Source: Phoronis australis (lineage: Eukaryota; Animalia; Phoronida). From it: a stretch of 64,000 nt of DNA. The first letter of the stretch is position 1. Every line of letters starts with the position of its first letter. Below are positions 27,371-40,300 of this stretch, piece by piece. The stretch covers positions 251,625 through 315,624 of the forward strand of contig NMRA01000081.1 of assembly GCA_002633005.1 (NCBI GenBank), in the 5' to 3' direction. Both the position numbers and the translations under genes were made by a program. Under the pieces are notes generated by a model that had not been told where the DNA came from, searched no databases, and saw only the letters and a program-made list of their open reading frames with translations.

Positions 27371-30369
27371 TGGCGCACGCCGAGGGTCTGTGATGGAAAC
27401 TATTGGGAGGTTCCAATATGGCTGGCAAAAGATTTTTGTACTTGAAACACAGAACCAGTGTTTGAATTGAAGAGCATTCGTGGACTCCAGCAAAAACTTT
27501 TTTTTCATTCACTGAGTGATTTTGCGTTTAAGGATGGGGAAGGGCTTTTGCGTATGTGGCGGAATTTGTGAGCGATCGATATTTTTGATGTCGCCAATTT
27601 CTGGGTTTGCCGAAAAGTAATGAATGCGGCAACCGAAAACAACTTCAATATAGAACAGAATTTCCTCACACCTAGTACCTGAAAGTTCCATCATTTCAAT
27701 CCTTCAGAAAATTTATAGCAAAATGTATATCATGCTTTAGTGCATCTCATGACAGCCAATTGTTACATATTTACGAGGACATTCGTCTTTTACTAACATT
27801 TAAGTGTACATTAAAGTGTACATTTAAGTGTACATTCAGTTTTATTTTCCATCTGCATTTTGGTGCGAATTTTACAGTATATTGAAAAATCTAGAGGTTG
27901 AGGCTCCTGACGCATCAGTTCTTAACGTCATCGTTTGTTATGAAAGGTATTGTTTCTTCGATGTTGCTAAGTAACTCATTACGTCATCGCTTTGTTCTAT
28001 CATTTTGTTTTTAGCAACTCGCCTCACAACATGTTCGACCATCAAGCAGTCAAGACGTGTTTGGTGATCGCTCTGATCATGTAATTCACGATGCGCTGCT
28101 GACGCTGTCGACACCGGGACGACGCCTTCCTATGTGCTCAGGTTAGCAACTGACAATCTTGTTAGACAGTGTTTCTATACCTACTAGTAACACAAAGACT
28201 ACATGTAGGTCATAGTGATCTATACATCCTATTTTCTCTGCATTATGTCTAAAGTATTAGGAAAGTTTGGATTTTTCTGTAGGTCTCTTCTGGGCGACAG
28301 CTTCCAACTGTAACGAGTCGACTATATTAAGGAGAAGCTACCTAGCTTTCCTGCACTGCTAAAGTTTGACTTCAAAGAACGCCAAATGGGTACAAAATAG
28401 AGTAAGTAAGTCGGAGAGGATAACTCTAAGAGTTGTGCTTCCATCAACTATGTCTAGCCTACCTTGTCTCGTGACGTCTACAGAACCTCCATCGAAGAGA
28501 GGAACGAAGTAACCAGCACAATACACGCGAGATATCACCCTGAGTTGTGCGGCATCTGCAAGTTCAGTGATAGAGTGTAAGAATAGACGCCGTTACGACA
28601 AAGGTACTTCAGTGACTTGCCGAATCACCTATTTCAAGTAAGGACAGAGAGAGAATCTGCACCTTTACCAATTACAATCAAACAAATGGGAAGTAATGGT
28701 CTTCATACAATGTATATTTGCATTAAACAGGTGCATTGCAATCAACCATCATTAGATGCACGATTGTGTGAGCGGACTACACCCAAGAAACCTCGTAACG
28801 GTTCTGAGCATAAACGCACACTTCGGACTTTGTACCTGCGAAGTAGTGTATCATATCGTTTGTAGTGATGGGCAACGAATGTCCTTGTGAATTCTCAGAT
28901 GCCTATGCTTCAGCCAAATACAAGAACCATGAACGTTCTTGGCGTGCAATGACAATAGCAGAGCTCGTGAATTATAACTACCCATGTCCGTTGTTTAGTT
29001 ACACCAACTGATCTTATCGTCCTCTTCGAAGAAGAATGGTCGCGTCATTCTCTTCAGAATAGGTCGGGACTTCTCCAGCACTTTAGATATAAGGAACTTA
29101 TAGGCTTTTTTGAAATGAGGCATCGGGTTATCGCCCGCGGTGAAATATAATCAAATCACGCCATTGTCGAAGTAGAATGACCTTGCCGTTCACTTCTGAA
29201 TGAGAGAAAAACCCTCAATGACCCGTCATGACAACCAGGAACGCCTAAGAAAGTCGAAAAAGTGATTAAGAAAGAAATAATGAATGGGCCTTGAAACAAC
29301 TTGAAAAAAAGAAGGTGACAGTTTGATTCCTAAGTAGGAGAAAACGGCAACCAACTACGTGGAGGGAAGATGAACGAATTTGAGAATCTTTTAATTATGA
29401 GCAAAGTTTATAAGCGCTCTCCACCATCTAGTGGAGTTGTAACCAATGCTTATTGCTTACTGGACGTTGTAAATTCGCTATTCTCGATCATTCCACGGTT
29501 GCGTCAACAGGCCTAGTGTGGTTAAATTTTGATGATAAACTACCGTTGCACCATCTACATGCTTGGTGGTAATCAAAGTTGATGAACTGTGGACATCGTC
29601 TTATGGTCAAGAGACTGACTGCTACCTTCCGTGCACGAAATCGGCACGTGTACGGGGGAGGACCTTTTTAGACAAAAGACGGTCTAATTGTAAGTGGCGA
29701 ATTCAAACATCACTGCACAGTCAGAAAACGCATGAGAACGTCTAAAAAGTAAAACCGCTGTGTTAAGAGAGTTTGAGTATTTTCATTTGTTACTTTTAAA
29801 ATCTTAAGAATTTATTTTTATATATATATGTACTATCCATATTTACATTTTATGGTAACTTATTACTAATTAATTTACTTTATCATTTATGTATAAGTGG
29901 TTTGTAAATAAATTCTACGAGAAAAACAAAAAAAAACGTTGTATGTTTCACGCTCACATTTCGTTTTTATTTATCATGGTACTCCCTTCACTGGGTACTT
30001 GGGAACGGTAAGCTGTTGTTGATTTTTGGCGAAAATCAAACGCCATAACGACCTGATTTTTATCTTGATTTACAAGATTTTATGTAGGCCTATACGAAAG
30101 TATTGGGACAACTGACATCGTTACTAATATTTGCACGCTCAAACTACCACTCAATGAAATTTTGGCTTTAGGACGTAGATATACATCTCCCTCTATAGTC
30201 ACAGAGCAATCATTTTCTCTAACTTAAATTGAATGACTTTTCAGTTCTGCCGCCCGACATATATTTTACTAGTGCATTTTAATATTACATTCTACGCCAG
30301 TTTTGTAACGTTGTTGTATTTATGTAATGTTGTTGTATTTACGTAAAGTTATCAAGTAAAGTTTCTTCA

Positions 30370-30880
30370 ATTTAAAACACAAAATGGAAGAACAGTGAAA
30401 TTTTACTTAAGCAAAAATTTCAACAACAAAAACAGCAAGAAAACTTTGCTTCACAATTTGGACAGTTTACATTGTACAGTTGTCATTTTTTAAAATGCAG
30501 GAACCTCTTAAAAATAGAAAAATCACCATTTTGGAAATGAATTTTGTTCGAATTTAAGGAAGCTTTACTGTATTCAATGTAATATTCAAATCACATCAAA
30601 GAGAGTACCTAAGTTTTTTACAACACTCCAAAAAGACACTGTGACTAGAATATTTGCTTGAAGCCAAAATCCGAATCACGATGGCCTGTGTGTTTGATTC
30701 CTTGAGAAAGACCGTTACTTAATATCCGCGCGTCAAATATTTTCCACTGTACCTAAAATTTCTGTAATTGCTCTCCCTCGAAATTGTACACGTCGACGTA
30801 TTCGGAAATTTTCCGAAACATAGGGGACGTTTTCCTAACCTGGCTTCGTTCCAGACGCCAAAATTCGCCTTTGTGTATAA
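30370..30880. mobile_element. Interspersed repeat (probable non-autonomous DNA transposon), homologous to ~51470-51970
   Basis: Alignable by eye, e.g. AAATATTTTCCACTGTACCTAAAATTTCTGTAATTGC vs AAATATTTTTCACTGTCCCTCGAATTTCTGCAATTGC, and CTAACCTGGCTTCGTTCCAGACGCCAAAA vs CTAACCTGGCTTCATTTGAGACGCCAAAA; boundaries approximate. Confidence 0.55.
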
Positions 30881-33800
30881 AGAATAAATTACCGAGTGAA
30901 CCTTGCTTCCAAAAGAATATTGTTCCTTTCAGATGTTTTTACTTTCAATAATAACCCAATAGGCTAACATACTTCCGCTGCACGTGATCCCAATATACAA
31001 TTTTTTTCTCACGGGGACGCTATTTCTGTTTTAAGGAGCTTATTCCCCGGTTCCGCACCACTTTTCGCCTTACAGGAATCCCTGAGACAGCGGTCCGAGT
31101 CATGGACCTGGTGAGTATAGTTGTTCTCCTTATTTTGAAGTTAGAATTAATCGTTTGCATGTAGAGTACTATTTTAATCGCCATTCGTATTTGTCAGTGT
31201 CAGTGGTGTCGTGACGTCATCAAGTGTCTGCGCAGGGTACAGGTCGCATTGCAGGTCTAATCAACTTGAAATATACACACATCATGTTACTCTAGACCAG
31301 TTCTTGGTCGAAATGAGACAAAAGATGGTGTTTGGGACGGTTTTTATTTTTTTATTTGCTCTTCGGCCCTTTATCTTTTAAGTTCTTAACGAACATTGTC
31401 CGTGTCCAGAGCTTCGTGACCGTTTCTCCTGCGATACCTCTCTCAGTTCTCGAGTTTTTCAAGATACCCGACGACTGCTTTTTATTGACACGTTCTTCGT
31501 CGCACGTCTATTCGTTCACCATTTACTGTGCCGTCCACTTTGTCGTCATTCATCATCATTATAGATGCTCATAATGATCGACCATCATCGTCACTATAAT
31601 CCTCACCACAATCAGAGCCATCGTTGCATTTTCATGGGCCTCGGGCAAAGCTGTGCAATGGGACCACCTTGTCAACAGAGCAGTCCATTAGGCTTAAAAG
31701 ACCCGTAAAATGTCAAATACGGCATTTATTTGTTAGTACTTCCAGCGTACTTTAATGTTCTCAACAACCTTTTTATAATGGCACCACGGGATGGCAGTCA
31801 CTTCAAACTATTTACGACAATGACAATCAGCCAAGATCGTGGCTGGGCGTATTTCATTCCCGCCTTGAACGCTCAGAAATTTTGTGAAAAATATCCCAGT
31901 TTCGCCAGTCATCAAAAATTTGCTGAAAAGCTTGAACATGAACTACACCATGACGAGGACTTATACTGAATGTGAACTTGCGGACGGCTGGTAAAGATGT
32001 TGAGAAGAAAATATTCGGCAGAATTTTCTTAAATGTCCACAAATCGCAAGCATGTACAACACGAGTGAAAGGTCCCTTCATGAATTTGTTCACAGTCACA
32101 ACCGAGTGAAATGTAAGATTTGATGTACTTATTCAGTGTACTTCGTGTAACAATTGTCATCACTCACTAGTCTTGTTCTAATTGTCCAAAATTGTCATTC
32201 TGCACGATATAGAGAGGATCACAAATCTTGATTTACAAAGGGCAAAGGGGGGAAGGTGCCACGGGCAGTCCCTGGACCCTCCCTTCAAAAAGGGCCCCAT
32301 TCGAGAGAGAGAAGGGATGTATAATTTAAAAGCCAGGAAAAGAGTGAGACTTGATTCTAACAGCGGGACCATTTTTGTGTTCCTGGTACTTTTTTCCGAT
32401 AAGATTCTCATGATGTCAGTATTGCTTTTTAACAATTGACTTTAAAAAGTAAATACTTTTGTTATTTTAAAACTCTAGAGAAAATGAAACTTTTCGATAA
32501 GCAATTGCACACAATTCACAAATGTTCTCATTAAAATCGCAGAAGTACTTTTTAAAATTGTTAGTTTTCTATTGTTGTTTACTGGAAAGTATGTGAGTTT
32601 TCCACGTGGTTGACTAACACACGAACATAAACAGGTGAGAGACCGATTAGCTTGGACTGGCTTTATAAGTCAAACCAAGCGCGAACAGAAGCCCACAAGT
32701 GAACTGAATCTTTTCTGTTATTCAGAATACAGTATACAACGTTGCTGCACTTTGTTATGAGATATGATATATACATTATTCACTCAACGTTGACGCAATC
32801 AGTCAGTACTGGGTCTCTGACGCGAACAGACCGTTTTCAAATAACAAATTGGCTGTTAGTACCGACCTAACGGGTGCAACAGCGCGAAAAAATCAAATTG
32901 AAAACAATTTCCTAACGATGAGTGGTCTAAATTTAGTTTTGTGACGCCAAGACAGCTTTGTAACCGCTTTCTCAGGTATGATCTAAGTTATCGGCTTACG
33001 TCGCTGTCAAGAAGTGTAATTAACGACCATCATTATTTCCCCCCCGTATTTTATTACCCTTCGCATTAGCAGGAAGGTGTTGTCTGTAAATCACAATAGT
33101 AAAATATGGGAGTACCATAATGATGGTCACCAATTACGCTTGTAAATTAAAGTCGTCGTTTAATAAATTGCGTTATTACTTTCCACGCATAAAATCTATT
33201 TCAACATCATCGACTATGATAAAAAACATTTATATCGTTTCGATTCAGCCTTCAATTGTTATAATGACATTACTTTCTAGGGAAATAACTAGAAATGAAC
33301 TTTGTTGGCTGTAAACGGAGGCAAAGCAGTGGAGCTCCTTTTAAAAACATTGTCAGGTTCACATTCAGCGTCTGTAAACTGTATAAAGGCCTGTTTCTTC
33401 TTGCGATACGTTAGTAGACGTCGACACTCAAATTCACTGCGACAGATGTCACACTTGACATTGTTGCTGCTAAGTAAATTTCATAGCTATATATCCTGAT
33501 CCACCACAAATATAGTCATCAAGAGGCAGTTAATTAGTTTTCAGTTCTGAGTTCGATGAAACCACAGTAACAGTTTCTCCGTCTTATGAGGAACATTTAA
33601 CTTTCTATGTCTTGAAAAACGTTCAAAATGTCGCGGAAAATCGGGTGGTGTGAAGGTTTTCCTCAGAGACCTAAGTCCGCAATCCCAGTTGTATCGGACA
33701 GTGGAATTAGTAGAGTGAGCTACGATACGGACCCTTGTTCCAGCAGGAGTGCGAAAAAGAAAAAGATTTCCATAGAGACTATTGCCACCAGCGATTTATC

Positions 33801-34081
33801 AGAAGAAACCAGCCCGGAACTGAACGTTGCAGCCCACAAGTCAACAGTGTCGTACGCCAGTGAGAAATGGTCGATACATCATCTCAAAGTAAGGGTCGAC
33901 AAATGTGTATGGGGACTAAGCATTTTTCAGAGGCGTATAAATTTATTGCATAATATAAAATATGCGTGACAATATGAATTAACCCAGAGAACGCAGGGCA
34001 TCGTGGGCCTATAGAAGATAACTAGTTTTCATTCGAACAGGGATGTGACTATAATCATCCCACCGGAGATTAATTGGTTGT

Positions 34082-34146
34082 TTGTGCGTGTGTGTGCGTG
34101 TTTGTGTGTGCGTGTGTGTGTGCGCGTGCGTGCATGCGTGTGTGTA
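34082..34146. repeat. Imperfect (GT/GC)n microsatellite
   Basis: TTGTGCGTGTGTGTGCGTG...GCGTGTGTGT. Confidence 0.9.
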
Positions 34147-34341
34147 AGACGCGGTATTTTTATGTCTACGATGTTGTGTTAGGAGAACCCGTAATGGGTT
34201 TGAAAGCTTGTTTTTCACGTGTTTCAAGCACTATTGGGTATCTTATTGATTATATTTGCAATCAAATAAAGATCGGGGAAGTTTTCAATGAAAACACAAT
34301 ATGGTAAGCCGCCAATAAAACAGAACCATCCAAGGTAATGT

Positions 34342-37300
34342 TTATAAGCCTAATTTATATAAAGGAATTATAAAAAGGGTTGTCTGTAAGAGGAGAGCTA
34401 CGCTGGTACTCAATATTGTCACTACTAACGAAAATGAGATTGTTGGTGCGTTCCCTGGCCTGCACTTCAGATGTTCAAATCTGAAAGAAGAAAATTATGA
34501 AAGTGGTGTAAATATCGTTTTTAAGTCTAAACGGCAAGATGAATGGTGATACCAATGTAAATTACAGTATTGCGCGATGCACGTCACAACGTGTTATTTT
34601 CAGAGATTGAATCATGTGCATTCATAAGGCTATTTTGACACTTTTAACGCGACTGTGGTACACGTCTTTATGAACAATTACACAGTAAAGTTTTTTTCAA
34701 CAAAACCTCTATTGTAACCAATATTCGTTTGTAGAATAACAAAAACGGTGAGTTTTATGTTATTTATTACGAGGAGAAAAGATGAGTAGAAAATTAACCC
34801 TATAAGGCGGATGAAAAACAAAAACCCTACATGCACCTCAATTTTACATTTTATCTTTTTCGTCATATTAATTGACATAAACCTCACCCTTCGTGGTTCT
34901 CTGCAAACTAATTAAGAAGTCTTTTTTACAGACAAATATCGATCGTAAAGTAATTTATTTTCTTTTTATCAGAACTGTATTTCATGGTGTTTCTACTAAC
35001 AACTAATATCGTGCTTGTTTGTCAACTGAGGTCACATGACGCTCTGTTTTAGCTTGTCTAGGTCAGTTGGTTGGCTTCCATTTTCGTTGCAGTTTTCAAT
35101 TTGTTTCTTCACAACAGAAATGGCAGCAAACAAACTGAAGCAGAAAAAGGACTGAATATCTGAAAGTAAAGTGTCACGTGACTTCGTTTGATTAGAAAAG
35201 GGGATGACGATCATAGTAGTTATAAGTAGAAATACAATCAAACATGGTCCCAATAAAAATAATAAATTAAATCTATTTCACTATACTTAAAAACATTTTA
35301 GTTAGATATAGCGGTTTGTAGGGACACCAAAATGTCAAGTTTCACGGTAGATTTTAGACCGGTAAATGAAAATTCTATATTCCTGAACAGATGTTTCTAA
35401 CAAGTTCTAAACTATTAAAGTAAGATTAATAAGTTTCCAATTAAAACAAAATGAAAATCGCGAAGTTGACCCAGCGCATGTTTACCTATACCAACAGCCC
35501 CAGAACTTTAAGAATGGTTCCTCCATTTCTATGGTTTTACATAAGTGATAGTGAACGAATGAATTGATATTTACTTGTTTAATGCTCCTTTCATCTTTTT
35601 CTCATACTCAGCCTCCACCAAAGCCCCATCAAAGAACCATGCGTTTTCCAAGAATGGGTACTCGTAACCTTGTTTGCATTCACATCGGTAGGCGCCGCGC
35701 TCAAATCGCTTGCCTTCCACCGGAACACACTGTTTAGGAAAACGAACGAGTTAGATATACAAATACTTTCAGTATTGAATTCGAAACGAACATTCGGAAG
35801 GAAATACGATGATAAAATTTTGTTCTCATTATATTAGCTACTGAATGAATTTCCATATGTCTTGAAATGGTACCAGAACGAATAATACACATTTCTTATA
35901 AAATCAAATGAACTGCTCTTTTGCGACGAAGCGTTTAAATACTTAAGCCTACCTTGAACGAAGTTTCGTCATTTAAGATGTAACCAGATAGCCCTAAAAA
36001 AGCCTTAGCAAAATATGAAAACACGAGTTTAATCACTAAAGCATGCCTGTCGAATGATAGGTGAAGTTACCCTTTCGTGCTTGGTTGCGTCACAGCGAGA
36101 ACCCAACACAAACAACAAAAGGCCGATAACAGTTGTACTGCATAGGGGTCTGAATAGACCACCATCGTGTGTGGGTCTTGTTCTCAGCTGTTTGAATTAA
36201 AAAGTGATTCTCGAGATGACCAAGACCAAAACAAGCCAATAAGCCTAACAGTGCATTACATTAGACAATTTGTGGCACTGGAGAGTTAAGAGTTATGCTA
36301 TAACTTTGAGACATTTAGTGAGTTAAGAGCTATGCTCTTAACACACTAAATGTCTCAAATTTATAGGCCTTAAATTCCAGCATAGGCTTTAAGGGGGTTC
36401 AACACAGTTTTGATTTATCGTTAACATATTATTCCTTTATTACTGATTAAACAAAGGCATCACTAGCAATGAAGTTATCACGGGTTACTCTAATTAAATT
36501 GGCAGTTGCAATCATTTGAAAGAGGCCACTTTCCTTGTACGATGTCGGTTTTATGTTTTACCAGCTTTAATTCTATTTCCCGGTTGATCAATTTTCTTAG
36601 GTCTAAGTATGTAAACATCTTTTCTGAATTTTGTGTACCTCCACTTTTAGCGTTTTGGATTTTACGCAAAAAGTTAAAAAACTGTTCATGTTTTTCTTTT
36701 GTGGTCTATTTCGATGCCAATCGCGTTTCCTATGGAATATGAAATAAGAAGTTACCGATTTCGCTTTCGTGTTATTTTGTTTAAAACAGGGTCACAAAAG
36801 AATACGCAATTCGACATTCTGAAACAAGTGCCGATTTCAAGATCACCATTACCCCCACCAGGTGGCGTTATCTTATGTTGTTGGGGTTGTATAACAAGTT
36901 TAGTCGCTGAGAAAAATCTAAATTTAGAAGCTTCTTATTTAATGAATTCAAAATTGACGTTTGGATTAATTCACACTTAATGTCCATGTTGGGATTTATT
37001 TAGTATGACGTCATTGTAAAATTGATGTCACGCCAAAATAATGATTACTAAATACAAAAGTAGCATTTTAATTGAGTAATCTGGTATTTCAAATAAAAAA
37101 ATCATATCGAGACGTTTTTATAGGTTAATCAATGTTGTAAAACAGCGACTGCTTTACGGCCATTTTGGAATACTGTGATAAAGCCCCGTTAATCGGTATT
37201 TTAAGCCCGTTTACCAAATATTGACTTTATTACGTTTCATCCAATAAATTGCTACTAAACTTGTTTGCGTGGCCGTGCATATGACAATTATCAAATTGAC

Positions 37301-40300
37301 AGGAATACAATTTAACATTAGGCATTTAATGAGTCTTTACGACAGTATGTGTCGTTTTGAGTGTTTTCTCTTAAATGCTTCTGACTTACGTAGGTTGACT
37401 GGTAGTCACATCTGGCTGTGTCTTTGAACGCGTTCACCTCGAAGACCTCTCCTGGACATTGATTTATGTCCAGAAAATCAAACTTGATATCCACACTCAC
37501 TAAACCTCTATAAACAACAACAACAAAGTAACAGAAGAAGTGTTAATAAAAAAATACAAAACAGGACAAAAATAAATCTAAAAAAGAAAATTCTATTTCA
37601 TGCTACAAAACTCCCTCAAAACTAATGTCTGTGAGGAAACTAAGATGTTTCAATTACGCAGCATGGGGTTTTAGGAGTCGGCGCTATTTCAAAATTCGGC
37701 AGTTCGTATTATTACAAAAAGCCTGCAATGAATGAATGATCAAATTTCCGTGTTTAAAGAACATGACATACGGACATTTTAGGCATGGGAGTTTTTTCGA
37801 ATTTCCACCGTATGTATATTAGACAAATAGTGCAAATAAAACGATCGACTTTCCGTGATTTAACTGAACAAAATTGCGCTTTTGGACAATATATTTAAGG
37901 AAAATGCCTCACTTGAAACGTATGCGTTGCCTATCGAAGTCGCCCTTTCCAAAGAACGGAGCGTAGTACGTGATGATCCACTCACTACCATATTCTGTAC
38001 ACGGGAAGTACGGGGACGACCACATGCCAACATCATAGGGAGCCGCCTTATATTTGGAGGGGTAGGGAAGAAGTTTGACAGTAGGGTAAAGACCATCACG
38101 ATCCACTCTGAAAAAATATGCTTAGCAAAGAAAATGTCGCGTATTATAGGATTACAGAAAAATGTTAAAATTGAGATATCTTCGGCTAGTCGTAATCATG
38201 TGGAACATTCAAATACTATGTTTTATCCACTATTCTCCAAAACTCTGCAAAGAATTGTTTTTAAATAATTCACTTTTGCATAAAGAACTTATGAGTTTCA
38301 TGAAAAAAGTGATAGTATACTTGAGATTTAGTTAATGGACATTATTATTCTTCTTAAAGTGGAGCTTGATGCGGCACTATTTATCCACGTGTCGGAATGA
38401 AACCTTTTGGCATCAAAGACTTGAGATATAGTAAAACGACGCATTTCAAATTGCTGAGATAATGAAAAATACCGACATGTGCGATACTTTGCGATATGGT
38501 GCGCTTCAATCCCGCGTTCCGAAGCCATTTTTTTATTCAGACCGCTTACCATAACAAGGTTGGCCTCAGATTGTTCCTACCGAGGGCGAGGAATGATTTA
38601 TAGGTTAACAAAGAACTGATAGTTTATTAATCTTTGAGACTATGCTCCGCGCATAACATGACACGCTGTGACGCCTCAGGTGTCAAGCAATAACGAACTG
38701 TCGGTTATAAGTGGTATAACTACGAATTATGAGTCTTTTAGCTCAGTGAACTAGAGCGTCCGAAATGTCAGCAGAAAGTACCGGGTTCGATACCCGGTGG
38801 GGACAGAGGCCTTTTAAGACTAAACTCTAGGTCATGCGATATGACCATCATATAGCGTGTAATAATTATTAGCTGAACTGTCAGTTTTTCCGAAACTCTG
38901 TATCACCTAGCTTCAACAGAAATCCCTTTTATTATAGACTACGTCATCTGAACCAATGTTTTTATGGTAGAAGACGTGTTTGTAACAGCCTTCGAGGAAA
39001 TGTATTGTGAAACCGTTGTCATTCCGAGACAGGAATTTTTTTCTGTGCTACAGCAATAACTAGGTAATGAAACAGTCACATGATGGCAGTTTCAAAAAGG
39101 ACGTGCGATATATTTGGTCGTTAGAATGATTTACACTGTCTATGGGATCCAATGAAAATCAAAATGGCGTTTAAATTCACATTTAGTGAAGCACTTTTCT
39201 CTTCAGTGAGACACTAGTTCTCTAAAAGTAATGATCGTGGTTCGTGAGTGGACTTGTTAGAGAAACACTCCCTTGCAACGTGACCTGAGGAAACTATCTT
39301 GTTTAAATCGTCCTATTTCCTCGACAACTTTTAATTCAAGCACAAATACACACTAACTATCTCTTTGTGATAATTCTGTAAAGGCAGCTAACCTGATTTT
39401 AGCAGCTGGCGCGTAAGTTTTCAGTCCATTGGTGTTTGACCTCCATCTAGCTTTTGCTCTTCTGAACCAGTCCGAATGCACGTAACGTCCAAGTTTTGGG
39501 TCCCCAGCCAAGTCTACAGTACTATAAAGACCGTCTTTTTGAAATGCGAACGGAGCAAAGTACTTCCGGCGACGCACATACTCGCCCTCTGTTCCGTATG
39601 GTTCCTCGTATTGGTTTTCATCAAACCAGATACCAAGACCCCTTATCTTATGGTCGGCCATTACAAGTGAGAGTACTTCAGCATGCAGAAGGTCCGGATT
39701 GAGATATTTGTCTCCCTTCACAACACCATGGGACTCCATCCTCTCGACATGTTGCAGAAATGAACTGATGAAATGGGCCAAGGAGAGTGCAGTACGTGCC
39801 TGCAAAATTCAGTTTTACACGTGAATAATTGATAGAGTACCAATTAATCAGTCAAACACAATTTTAAAATACGTCATAAAGACACCTTCACCATAAACAC
39901 GTCAAGTTATATCCAATGATATTATTATGTAGCATGATAGCAGTCAGCCACAATGCTCAAATTCGAGCGGGTTTTTGTGACAATGGCGCAATTTTACAAT
40001 TGCGGACTAAAGGTCCGCCAAAATGGCGCACCGCTTCCCAAAACCTTCCAAATAGTACCCAGACAATGATCTTTATCCCCCCATCCGCCGCACAAAATTT
40101 TGTTTTATTGCTTACAGACACAAAAATAGTCTTTTACAGCACAATCGACAATTCCTTTGCTTACTACTGAGAACGACAAGAAACACCAGTAACCACAGTT
40201 TACTTTAAGTCACACATCTTCTAAACCTGTAGAAACGTAGGCTTCACTGTTTACTTCCAAATTCGAAAGCACGGGGTCATGAACTCTTTTCAATGCAGAA

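Noticed and set aside
38733-38805. Functional tRNA gene
   Set aside because: Anticodon arm does not pair and the acceptor stem is mostly G-T; treated as a SINE head or pseudogene.
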